From positions 1,655,966 to 1,719,965 of the forward strand of contig MU053754.1 in NCBI GenBank assembly GCA_013239625.1: a DNA stretch of 64,000 bases, in the 5' to 3' direction. Within the stretch, counting starts at the first letter, position 1; the number at the start of each line of letters is the position of its first letter. This stretch comes from Lama guanicoe (Eukaryota). The position numbers and the translations under genes were made by a program. The notes beneath the pieces are model-generated. The model ran no database searches, had not been told where the DNA came from, and saw nothing but the letters and a program-made list of their open reading frames with translations. Shown piece by piece: positions 38,301 through 49,630 of the stretch.

Positions 38301-39306
38301 AGCTACAGTTTAAAGATAAACATAGGTCATATCTTCTCTTGCAAAACTTAAATGGAGCATAAATTGAGCAGAAGCGGACAGAATGAGTTGGGACTATAAA
38401 CAAGCCCTTGTAAGGGTCACCTTGACCTTGTTGGGGGCTGAAGTGGATGCAGCAGGGGCAGCCCTCCTTGAAAAAGCAGGAGTGCTTTGTGGGTTAAAAT
38501 CCGGACATGTGTAGGGTCCAGGCCATGTGTGGAGCATGCTGCTTTTGTTTCTGTGCTGAAGTAAGACAAACTGTTTCCCCTTCCAGCTCCAGGTAGACTG
38601 ATGGAGAATGCAATGGGGAGGAAGAAACCCAGCTATCACGACCCGGAATCACTGGTCCGGGGTTCAGTTACTTAATCAGTCCCCATGGCCCTTACTTTGT
38701 ACATGGAGGAAACAACCTCTTCTTCCAGTATTGTGTTTCGTATTATCCACCCCACTGAGATCTCACATTGAAATTTCTTCTCTTCCACTTGGGTCGTTTG
38801 CCACTTATCTGGCTAGGAGGGTGGAAGAGTAAACTAACCTTACAGTGGACGTGAATCTCCCATCCCACGGAATGTGGCAGAATGGCTTTTCTTTTCTTTT
38901 CTTTTTTAAGAATGGCTTTTCTTTCCCACCTCTCTTGCCGTGAAGGTGATGAGATGGGAAATGGTTAATGATAGTCACCAGACACCAGAGTTGCGTGACT
39001 CTGAGGAGATGCCACACTGTCTCCCAAGATCCACGTAATGGCGCGTCCCCCACCCAGGGCTTCGGCCACGAGCTGGGCAGGAACTCAGTATAGTACCTCT
39101 CGGTCCAGGAATCGAGAGGCTCCTGTGAGTAGGGCGTGGAGTGTAATTGCAGAAGCCGTGGTGACTTGTAGAAACCGGAGGCTGGCTGCTGTACTGGCTT
39201 GCACCATGAGATAAGACTTGGAAGTTAGTTGTGAAGGTCATTGATACCAGGGCCTGTCAAACATTTATAGAGCTTGGGGGCTGAACAAAGAAGGGTTTGA
39301 TTGGTG

Positions 39307-39530
39307 GAAAGTAAATGAGTGGTTGCCCGGGACTGAAGGTTGGGGTTGCATGGCTGCTGATTGCTGAAGCAGGTCCAGGGCTTCCCGGGATCATGAAAAT
39401 CTTCTCAGGCTGCTTGTGCTAATGGTGGTCGCACAGCTCTGTGAATATACTGAGGGCAGTTGAGTCGTACACTTCCGACGGATGAATTGTGTGGTGTGTG
39501 ATTTATATCTCGATAAAGCTGTTTTAAAAA
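39307..39530 (+). mobile_element. Old L1 3' end (L1MB7/8-like), sense orientation
   Basis: agtggttgcccggg...gcacagctctgtgaatatact...gaattgtgtggtgtgtgatttatatctcgataaagctgttttaaaa. Confidence 0.75.
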
Positions 39531-39976
39531 GGGTTTGGAACTGCTGTCAGATTTTGAAACGTGCCATGAAAACACTTCACGTGATCAGTGTGGTGAAAGC
39601 TCCTTGTTGTGCGTGGACATGGTGTAACTGCATGTGGAGAGGGCCATTTCAGAGCGACCTGTTCTGAAGACGTGTTAAGTTCTCTCCGCCACAGTTAGGA
39701 ACCGGACGTCCACAGCAAGCGGGCAGAACGTGGCTGATGTCAGAGGAAGTGGGGCTCTGTCTTCTCCGTATTTATGTGTCTCCTTTTCTCCCCCTACGTC
39801 GCCCCTTCTTCTCCCCCAAACAAAAAGGAAAAACAAAAAACCAAGAGACAGTGAGACATGAGGACGGGGCGCAGCTGAAGATGCTGCGGGCTTAGAGGAA
39901 CAGATACAGGAGGCAAAATGAAGCATAAGTCCAGCCACCCACTTTCTCAAGGGTCAGCGTAGACATAAAGATCCAG

Positions 39977-40120
39977 GGGGGAGGGTATAGCTCAAGGGGT
40001 AGAGCACATGCTTAGCATGCGTGAGGTCCCCAGTACCTCCTTTAAGAATACATAAATAAGTAAACCTAATTACCTACCCCCCCAAAAAAACCCCAAAACA
40101 AACAAAATAACAATAACAAC
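39977..40120 (+). mobile_element. Vic-1-like SINE with 11-bp TSD and B-box deletion
   Basis: ggggagggtatagctcaaggggtagagcacatgcttagcatgcgtgaggtcc..., A-rich tail; TSD taaagatccag at 39966-39976 and 40121-40131. Confidence 0.92.
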
Positions 40121-41374
40121 TAAAGATCCAGATCGTTAAGGGCACACTCATAAAGCAGCATTCTGACTAGTGAAGGGTGGGTAAATTTTGAAAACCTTGG
40201 TGCCTCCAGTCACCCTTGTCCCCTTTGATGAAACTGACGTGGGTGGTTCCCATGCCTGGGGAATGGAATTGTACGGCGCACTTGCTCCCGCGAGGGTATC
40301 CCGTCTCTGTGCTGCTCTCGGGAATATTGCTTGGGAACTATGAGAAACCTGGACTCCAGAGTAATATGAGCTGTTTCTCCATTCATACATGCAGCTCAGG
40401 AAAGAGCACATCCAGGTGGTCACTGAGTGCTTCCTAATGCTCCGTGATTTTGCCATGAGCTTTGCAAACTTGGCTCATTGCTTACGCTAAGCAGGGGATG
40501 ACTGAACTTGCCTGTCACGTTAAAAAACCATCAGGACTTTGTCTCCTAAAAAACCATTGTCTACACAGCTATCTCTCGCTGTTTTGTTACTGCACATGGT
40601 AACACTTCTTTGCTGTAAGCTGCGAGTACTGTGCCACACAGAGGCAAGGGAGCACAGAAGAAACAGGCCAGGGTGGGGGACAGTGCAAAGAGGGGCAATG
40701 TGGAGAAAGTGGCCCCGGCGAGTGGGGAGGAAGGGCCCTCCTGTGGAATCAGTTCTCCTTTGTGTGCTGGAGAGTTTAATCTGCAGGGAGGGGATTTCTT
40801 TGTGACTCCCTGTGCCGCTGAAACCCGAGTGGCCTGTCCTGCTTTTGACCTCTGTAGCTTCATTCACGTGGTTCTTCCTCAGTTGCCAGGGTCACATCCC
40901 TAGATTGACACCTGAACCTGAGCTTTGGGCCTTGAGTAGGACTGTCAATGAACCCTGAGGGGAAGTAAGGGTAGAAACTGTTAGTGTTGGAGCCAGCGCC
41001 TTTTTGGGGGCCCGCTGTCCACAGGGCGGTGTCCTCGGTGCTCTGTCATTCCTTTTGGTCCTGCACAACAAGTCCAAATCACTGGAAAGGCTCTTCCTGT
41101 TTTGCAGGTGGGGAAAGTAAGGTCAGGGCAGGGAAGTCCCAGGTCCCCAGCTCTGCACTGTGACTTGAAAGCCCATTCACTCTCCAGGGCACTGCTGGGC
41201 TTCTCAGCACTGGCAGATTTCCTACCCTTAATTCACGGCACTATTCAGGCCTCGGATTCCACAGGTGCCCTCGGGAGTTGTGGGGGGAAGATGGTCTGGG
41301 TGGCTAGAAGCCAGGGTTCTGTACACGGGAATCCTGAGAAAAGGGTGGTGTCCGGTTCCAAAAACATTTCTTGA

Positions 41375-41681
41375 GTCAGGTTTCTTCCAGGCGGGGGCCA
41401 AATTTGGCCTGCCACCTGTTTTTCTACAGCCTGTGAGCTAAGAATGGTTTTATATTTTTATATGGCTGAAAAAAGAATAATATTCTGTGACACATGAAAA
41501 TGGTATGAAATTCAGATGTTGGTGTCCACGAAGTATTACTGGAGTCCAGCCGCACCGTGCATTTAGGTGTTGTCTACAGTTGCTTTCTCCCTGCAAAGGG
41601 TGTTGCAGCAGAGATCCTCTGGCCCCTGGAAGCCTGAAGTATTCAGTCTCTGGCCCTTTCCAGACCAGCATGTGACCCCTG
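41375..41681. mobile_element. MER58B-like (hAT-Charlie)
   Basis: ggccaaatttggcctgccacctgttttt...gagctaagaatggtttt...gtgacacatgaaaat...tgaaattcagatg...ctggcccttt...gacccctg. Confidence 0.85.
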
Positions 41682-43129
41682 CCTGCTTGGAGGCTGGTGC
41701 CACCTCCCCGGTGTGACCTGCACTTCCTCCTCTCTCCTGATGTCGTCTTTGTTTGCACTCTTTTGCCATCTCACTTTGCTTTCTGAAGCCTGGTATTCCA
41801 CAATTAGAGAGTCATCTGTTTGATGTGAAACTTGGTCCCACTTCAAATGTGCAGGAGATTTAATACATTAAACTGTATCAGTTATTTTACCACAGGTTTG
41901 GAAGGAATTGGTGCTGGCATTGTCAGAGCAGAGCAGGGCTCTTGCATAAAATGAGGGTGTACAGAGCACCCCTGTGCTTGGTGGGAGAAGAGGGGAAGTC
42001 GAGTCATCCAGAAGAGACCTTTGTTCATGGCCTGCTTTTTCCACATCCCTGCCTCACAACAGTGAGAACACGTAGCGGAGATGAGATGGCCCTCATAATT
42101 TCTGTCTTGCCTGCGGTACCTGGTACCCTGTACACGGGAAAACCCCACTTTCCCCAGAACGGCGATTCCGACGCACGATGCCACAGCAGTGTCCTACCTG
42201 GGTATTTTTTGTGGTCAGTTTACATTTCAGTTACATCTGCGGGCTTTACAAGGCCATTCTAGACTAGCCGGGAACTTGACCATAGTGGTACAGCATTATT
42301 TCCAGGAGAGAAACATTTCTGAGTGAGAAACCAATGAAGACTTGGACCATGTCCCACCTGTAATTTGGAGGCTGCTATATTTTCAAGATTTCTTCAACCT
42401 TGCCTCGTTTTCATGTGTGTAGTAGGAAGGCAGAGCTTTCCATGCACTGTTGTGTCCTGGGTAAGGGGCTTGCTTCCTTCACATTCCTCCTGTTTTCTTT
42501 CCAGATTTCTCAAAGCCTCGTTACAATGTACAGAGGCATCTGCTGCCTCTGGTTGGAAGTGGCGTGGAGAGGGCGATTGGGAGAAGGGGTGAAGATTAGC
42601 CAGAATTTAAAAGCAACAGTGACAGCCCAGATAAGTTTTCCTCCTAACCTACATTGAAAGCTGCCAGAACACTTGTAGAGTGGAAATTCTCTGGTTGCTC
42701 CTGTCCTCCTCTGACAAGACCTAAAAATAACTCAAGGAGGAGATGGGCACACGGCCCTTTGATCTCCTTGGCCTGGGATGTTCCTGGGTAGGGGCAGAGA
42801 CCACGGGGACTCGGCCAGCTTGGTGAGCGCGTGGGTTGTTGAAATCTGTGAGTGTGGCTGGTGACTGTAATCTTCCTTGATCCGTCCCTACCTTCCGCTT
42901 CTTCCCTCCTGAAGTGTTCTCTCTCCACACTTTCCCTTCTTGTACCACAAGCTAGAACCTGTGTACGGAAGACTGGAACAGGACGAGTGGCTCCTTTAGA
43001 AAGAACCGTTGGGCTGGGTTTGTGAGCTGCTTTATTGAGGGCCTCCTGTTCCAGAATAAGTAGAACACATCTGACCCCCATGGGGGGCTGTGGTTGGTTG
43101 GAGAACATAACAGAGGATTGGATTTTGTT

Positions 43130-43850
43130 CAGAGCTGAGGTGTCAGGAGTGCCCTGGAGCTTGGAGGTGAGGATGCTGAGAGCTGTGGAGGAGCCGGTCC
43201 CCGGGGGCCCAAAGAGTCAGGAGCCGTGGGAGGAGAACGAAGAGAGCCAGGGTGGGCAGGGCTGCAGAGGTGGGATTTGGCATCTCGAGGCTGTGGGTGA
43301 CTTTTGAGAACCCAAGTGTGGTTTTCAGGGAGGGGCAGTGCGTCTGCACTGGCTGAAGATGGACTACGTCGGATATTGAATGAGAGGGTGCTGGCAGTGG
43401 GTGCTCACGTCTCCTTGGAGAGGTCGAGCCCTGAAGGTCGCAGAGACGTAGAACAGCCTTTGGGAGGGAAGCCAGTGTGGGGGAAGACCTGGAGGTTGAG
43501 CGAGAGCTCACAGGAAGTGAGTGGTTCAACAGGTCAGATAAAGGATGGGGGCTGTATTTCTTGCCGGGGAAAATGTTGCCTTGGAAAAGGAGTAGCGGGG
43601 ACATTTCCTTTGAGACAGATGAGAAGGTGGTAGATGTGTAGACTTCTGGGGAGCAGAAAGGAAGACGATACCTCTTAAAACTTTTACCAAGAAATGATCA
43701 AGTATGAAGGTCTTGATTTTTTTTAGAGAGCAGTGGGTCCTGACTCAAGGGAAGCCAGAGATGGAGGGGCCAGCTGATGCAGGAGGCAAACCAGGCCTTC
43801 AGACTGTCTCTGGGGACAAAGGATGTGAGCTTGAGGGGTGGGGGTGGGAG
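43130..43850 (-). mobile_element. Degenerate L2 LINE fragments
   Basis: Purine-rich stretch with an L2-like motif (ggatttggcatctcgaggctgtgggtgacttttgaga); highly diverged. Confidence 0.4.
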
Positions 43851-45484
43851 CTGTCACCACTGCTGCTGGCAATCAGAATAGCCCTGTTTACTCTAGATAA
43901 GGCTTTCTGTTTAAGATGTTATTGGAACTAATCGGTTTGGTTTTTAAAAACCAGTGGATTGGGGCTTAAGCCAGGGCAGACTGAAAAGGCTTGCGCGAAG
44001 ATGTTCTGATTTAGCCCTCTCCAAGAGCGTTTCTGTCGGGACGAGGTGTTCTGTACCCGCCTGGTCTGGTGTGGGAGCCGCTGGTCGTGCTTGGCTATGG
44101 ATTGTTTAGGCTTCTAGTGAGATCGCCAGAGGAGGGCTTATCTCATATCCTCCGAGCAAGCAGGATGGTCTGGCAGCACAGCGTCCAGGGACCAGGGCTT
44201 GGGTAAAACTGAAAGTGGCTGGCAGGGAGGTGGCCGAGGCAGGGTGAGGGCAGAGGACTAGTGAGGGAAATAGTCTAGGTGCTCACGGCCCCCGCGAACC
44301 AAAGCTGGGCTTCCTGCATTTTACCTGCTGCTGCTGCTGTTTGTGAATTATTAATTATATGGAAATACAGGAAGTTTGGGACTAGGTGGTTTCTCTGCTA
44401 AGCCTGGGAAAGTGATGGGCACCGGCAGTCTTTTGATGATTCTTTGTTCCTGGATCATTGAAGGCCGTCTCTGATGCAAAGCAGAGGAGTGGTGGGGAGA
44501 GGAGGCGGTCTTCTTGGGTCCCCAGTGGGCAGGAGAACGTGAACTTCTCCAAGCCAGACACGCCTCCTCCACTGAGCTCACTTGCTCTCCTCCTGTCTTA
44601 CATACCAATCATTATCAAGCCCTCCATCACCTCTGTTGACATTTAGAAAGGAAAAGACCATCTCAGAGTTTCCATCTGTGAGCAAGGGTTTCTGAACATG
44701 TTGAAAACGTGGGCTTAATTTTGTGAGTGCAGCAAGAATCCATGTGGTTGGGGATTTATTGCCTTAGGTTTTGTAGGGCAGAAAACCTCTCGCACCTTGG
44801 TCTTCTGCAGACTCTTTAATGCCTTTAGTCTAGCACTGAAAACACTAGCAAAGCATCGTGAAAAGGCAGCAGAACCTTTTGCTTGATCTGGTAGCATCTT
44901 GCTCTGTTTCTGTTTTATTCCTGCTCTTCACACTTCTTTAGAGAACGGTTCCACGCTCCTCTGCTTCCCCCGCACCCCCACCCTGCATCTCTGGACCATG
45001 TGCAGTCTCCCGTCTGCCCCCACGAGGAAGAAGCACCCCTGAGAGTCCCCATGATGCTGGGGTTGTGGGCCCCCCAGGCTCTTCCAGCACCCTCTGCCCT
45101 TGCCTAGGCCCCGCCCTCTCTGCTCTTCTTTCATGGTGTCCCCCACGTCAGGGCCACCCGAGAACCCCTGTGTTTAAGCATCAGCAGCAGAGGGGTGGGA
45201 ACTGCAGCACGTTCCCGCTTGGTGACACTAACTCCAGAATCCTTGTGCCCGAGGCTCTGGGGCGGCCTGGCTTCCTCGCTTGCCCCCTTCTAGTAAACTG
45301 GGGTCCTAAACCTTCTTTTTGTGTCTGGACTCCCTTCACCTGTTCATTCAAGGCTCAGAGGCTTCTTAGAATAAGATTTTTAAATGCATTAAAAAAGGTT
45401 AGCAAAGGAAGCAGTTAAAAGTACTGTCGTAATAAACACAGTTTGTTTGTTGAAGGGTGATATGTGCCTTCCCCCCAACACCTT

Positions 45485-46165
45485 GTTTTGTTGTGGTAAA
45501 ACACATATAAAATTTATCATCTTACCCACTTTTGGAGAGGGGAGGTAATTATGGTCATTTATTTATCTATTTATTTTTAATGGAGGTGCTGGGGATTGAA
45601 CCCAGGACCTTTGTGCGTGCTAAGCATGTGCTCTACCACTGAGCTGTACCCTCCCCTCATCTTACCCACTTTTAAGCACAATTCAGTGTAGTTAAGAACA
45701 TTCATGACTATAACTCAATTTAGGAGAAAAAAAAGAATATTCATATTATTGTGTGACTGTCCTCACCACCCATCTCCAAGAACTGTTTCATCTTCATGAA
45801 CTGAAAATGTGTCTCCATAAACACTTAACTCCCCATCCCATCGCCCTGCCCTGGCAGCCACTGCTCCACTGCTGTCTGCGTGAGCGTGACGACTCAAGGT
45901 ACCTCACGCGCCTGGAATCGTACGGTGACAGGCTTATTTCCCTTGGCACGGTGTCCTCAAGTTTCACGCATGTTGTAGCACAGCTCAGTTTCCTTCGTTT
46001 TCATGGCTGAATCATATTCCACTGTATGGGCGACCACAGTGTATTTATCCACACATCTGTTGATGGACATTTGGGTCCCTTACAGCTTTTGGCTTTGGGG
46101 GAAGAATGCTGCTATAAATGTGGGTGTACAAACGTCTTTTCGGGACTTACTTTCAATTCTTTAAT
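45485..46165 (-). mobile_element. Old L1 3' end (L1MB-like) containing a SINE and a micro-L1 insertion
   Basis: ttgtggtaaaacacatataaaatttatcatctta...caccaccatctccaagaact...tcatggctgaatcatattccactgtatg...tgatggacatttggg. Confidence 0.85.
45534..45656 (-). mobile_element. Vic-1-like SINE with perfect 17-bp TSD
   Basis: tRNA-Ala-like head on the minus strand; TSD tcatcttacccactttt at 45517-45533 and 45657-45673. Confidence 0.95.
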
Positions 46166-46612
46166 ATGTGCTTTTGAACGTTTTAAATAACACAATCTAA
46201 GAATGGCTTTAACCACTACTGTCATCTCGAAGTAGTTGTGAGTGTCAGCAGTATTTTAAAGTATCTGTAACGTGATATGAAAATGTCCACTGTTCCTATT
46301 GGTAAAGATCTCTGGGGTCTGCTATTTCCACGAAGGCTTATTGCCTAAGTTTCTAGTGGAATTGGGTGAAAGTTTGGTGAAAATAAAGTTGTTGCTTCAC
46401 CCCCACCCCCCAGCCCCATCCGAGTTCACTGACCTCCTTGAACTTTGGCTCGCACATACATTCCAGCCAATTCAGGAGACTGACTTTCCCAGAACACTTG
46501 TGGGATTTTTGCTCTCTTGCTGGGGAGACCCTGTCCCTCTACTCTGTTACCTTACAACTAAAATCCCACCTACTGAAAACGCTTACTGGTGGCTTCTTTC
46601 CCTCACACTCTT

Positions 46613-47300
46613 ACTTATTCATTCATTCAGCAAATATTTGGTCAGTACTGTGTGATAAGCGCTTCCCTAGGCAAGAGGCATTCACAGCAGTGAGGAGAAC
46701 AGGTTAGGTTCTGGTTGCCATGGCATGCACTGTCCGTCTGGAAACCGGGAAGAGAAGCAAACGTGTGCACAAGCAGTACGCATCTCAGCAGTGATGAGCA
46801 TCACGGGACAGCCACACGGCCATGAGACTCTGGGTCTTAATTAGTCACAGAGGAGGGGATGTTTAAGGTGGGACCTGAGGGAGGAGTGGAGGGGAAGGGA
46901 TGCCTGGCCCAGGAACAGCTTGTGCAAAGGTCCCGAGGTTGGTGGGGAGTGGATGAGCAGAGGGAGAGGGAATTGCCGTAACTCTCTGGGCCCCTTTGCC
47001 GTAACTCTCTGGGCTGTGTTAAGAAGTAAGCTGTCATCCTGGAGGTTTTGGGTGACGTCGATGGAGGTAGTAAGCTGTCATCCTGGAGGTTTTGGGTGAC
47101 GTCGATGGAGGGGAATGGCCACGTTGAGGTGGGCTCTGGCTTCTCAGTGGAGAATGAGACTTGGAGGAAGTCAACAAGTGAAGTAGGTTGACCATTGGCG
47201 CCTCCTGAAATATTCCAGAGGAGTGGTTCCTTAGTCCAGGGCATGGTCCAGGACACCGAGAGAGAGGAGGGTGTCATTCAGAGACAAGACTTGGATTTAT
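46613..47300 (-). mobile_element. L2 LINE 3' region
   Basis: attcattcattcagcaaatattt (L2 3' terminus, antisense)...ggaacagcttgtgcaaaggtcccgagg. Confidence 0.7.
47025..47111 (+). repeat. Perfect 43-bp tandem duplication (period 44)
   Basis: agtaagctgtcatcctggaggttttgggtgacgtcgatggagg at 47025-47067 and 47069-47111. Confidence 0.95.
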
Positions 47301-47701
47301 TGGGTTTCTTGGTTTCGGTCAGTTTTTCCTCCCCTTTCTCTCCTTCCACTGAAACCCGTAACGGTCCGTATCCCTCTTAGGCATTTATATTCTTGTCTTC
47401 AAGCGTACTCCTTCTAAATCCCTGTTAGACTTGAGGTTGAAGACTTGCTTCGAATAGTGACCGTACTGCCCGTGATTGTTGAATTGAACGTATGGGGTGC
47501 GGGACCCTGCATTCCTAGGGGTTTGGACAAATTTCTCAACGAGAAAAGTGAAAACATAACTAGAACTTGTTAAGGCAGGCCTGTGGGGAACAGTCTGAGC
47601 GCTGTGCTCCTGTTCTGGACCTTCCCTAGAGTACCCCATGGTGTACAGCTGCCTATCGAGGACACGTCTTTGCTCAGATTTCCAGGATCGATTTTGCTTT
47701 T

Positions 47702-47816
47702 GAGGGGGGCAGGTAATTAGGCTATTTGTTTATTTATTAATGGAGGGACTGGAGATTGAACCCAGGACCTCATGCATGCTAAGCATGCACTCTACCACTG
47801 AGCTACACCCCCCCCC
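47702..47816 (-). mobile_element. Vic-1-like SINE with imperfect 11-bp TSD
   Basis: Minus strand ggggtgtagctcagtggtagagtgcatgcttagcatgcatgaggtcctgggttcaatc; flanks attttgctttt / atttggctttt. Confidence 0.92.
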
Positions 47817-48328
47817 ATTTGGCTTTTTAAAAAGAAATTATTGGGATTTTAGTGGAAACATTATATAGTCTCTTGAGTGTTGTTCTGCCTTTGGTTCTGT
47901 TCTGTTTAAGAGCTGACTGTGAGTGAGCAAGAGAAAATAACCCATCTTGTCTGTAATATAAATGTATGTTGGTCTTTAAAGTATATCTGACATAAAACAA
48001 TACCAACTGGGCCGCCGTTTCAGTCGTTATGTAAATAAAATATTTTGATGTGCACGCCTCTCTCTCTATTTTTCCTTATGTGTTTGCATGGGGAAAGTAA
48101 CTTTTCCCAGAGAGATTTTGGATTAAAACAAGCCCCAACGCTGTTGGAAGTGCAGGCTGTCTTGGCTTTATTTTTCCTCTTTCTGCCTTGAGAGGGCTGA
48201 GTGCTTAAGCATTTGGTGGTGTGAGCGCACTGGGACATTCCTGCCTTATTTTTCCTTCTAGTCCTGCTTCCTGTGGAAGAAATAAGAGTAATGAGTGCAG
48301 CTGCGGCCATGGTTCAGCATGAAGAGGG

Positions 48329-48373
48329 GTGTGTGTGTGTGTGTGTGTGTGTGACAGAGAGAGAGAGACAGAC
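48329..48373 (+). repeat. Compound (GT)n-(GA)n microsatellite
   Basis: Read directly. Confidence 0.95.
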
Positions 48374-48789
48374 AACAGTCTCTTTGTAAAACCCAGTCGA
48401 CTCTCCGCAGAAGTCTGGCTCCAGGAGCTTTCCTGCACTTCCCCCCACTCATTTTGGGGTGAGAGTGGAGCAAACAACGGTAGCAGGCGGGATCCTGTGC
48501 TTTTACAGATTCAGCCTGCTTTTCCCACATTCTGTTCTTCCGTCCTCCCTGGGTCCTCCCTGAGCGGTGGATTTCAGGTAGATTTCAAGACGGATGGGAG
48601 TGCTAAGCTGGGGAAGTGTTGCTGACAGAGACAGCGGGCCGCCTGGGTCAGGATGGCGCTTCCCAGGTGGGCCAGCTTTCTCGGTAGGTGGCTGGGTAGC
48701 ACCTGTGTTGGCCCTGCAGCTCCTCCCTCCCCTCTGCTTGTAGTGGGGATCCATGTAGTCCACTGGGGGGGGTGGCAGGGTCCCAGTGA

Positions 48790-48981
48790 TAGTCCACTTT
48801 GGCCACTGGAATTTGAATTCTATATAGTTTTCGTGTCTCATGAAAGATTTTCCCCTTTTGAGTCCCATCTCCCCCCCACCCCCAACCATTAAAAAGCTGT
48901 AAAAACCATCCTTGGCTCTTGGCCCATCTAAAACAGGCAGTGGGCTAGGTCTGGCCCGTGGGCTGTAGTTTGCCGTCCTCT
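48790..48981. mobile_element. MER58B-like fragment
   Basis: atttgaattctatatagttttcgtgtctcatgaaa...aaaaccatccttggctc...ctggcccgtgggctgtagtttgcc. Confidence 0.75.
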
Positions 48982-49630
48982 GGTCTGCACAGCGTCGACT
49001 GTAGATGTGTGTTCTCCATGCTGCACGTGCTCCGAGCTGTTTACTGCTCAGAGAAGTCTCTCCCAATTCTCTTGACATGTGTTGGGCTCGCCATCCTCTT
49101 CCGAAGATGATTTGCTGATACGTGCGTTCTGGGAGGAAGTGGTTTCATTGCGGTGGGACTCCGTGTTTGCTATATTAATCCGCAGGTCATCTGATTAGTT
49201 TATCTAGCACATACCTTTCACAGCTTAATCTGTGCAAGCCCCAGCCTGCTGTTACTGATGTCAGGGGGAGAGTCCTTCCTGCCCTCCTGGAGGTGGCAGG
49301 CCAGTGGGGGAGGCGGGTATGCCAAAGCACTTGCAGACCTTATGCGGGAACCAGAGGGGCAGTGCTGGGTGAGAGAGGAGCTGCCCCGCTCTAGAGGTTT
49401 AGAAAGCCCCCCTCCCGCCCCGGACCCAAGAGAAAGCTGAGACCTGGAGGCTGGGAGGGAGGTGAGATGGGCCAGGATGGAGCATGTCCTCCTCAGCAGT
49501 GAGTGATTCCTACAGGAGAGGACGAGGCTGAGCCCACCTGCTGACCCTCTTTATTCCGCTCCCCCCGCTTTATTCTGCTCCCCTTGTGGCTTTCTCTCTT
49601 GCTCAGGAGAGTTGGGAGGTCTGCCAGAGG

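Noticed and set aside
46973..47111. Direct repeats as a CRISPR-like array
   Set aside because: Only two copies per unit, no unique spacers of regular length, and the DNA is mammalian.
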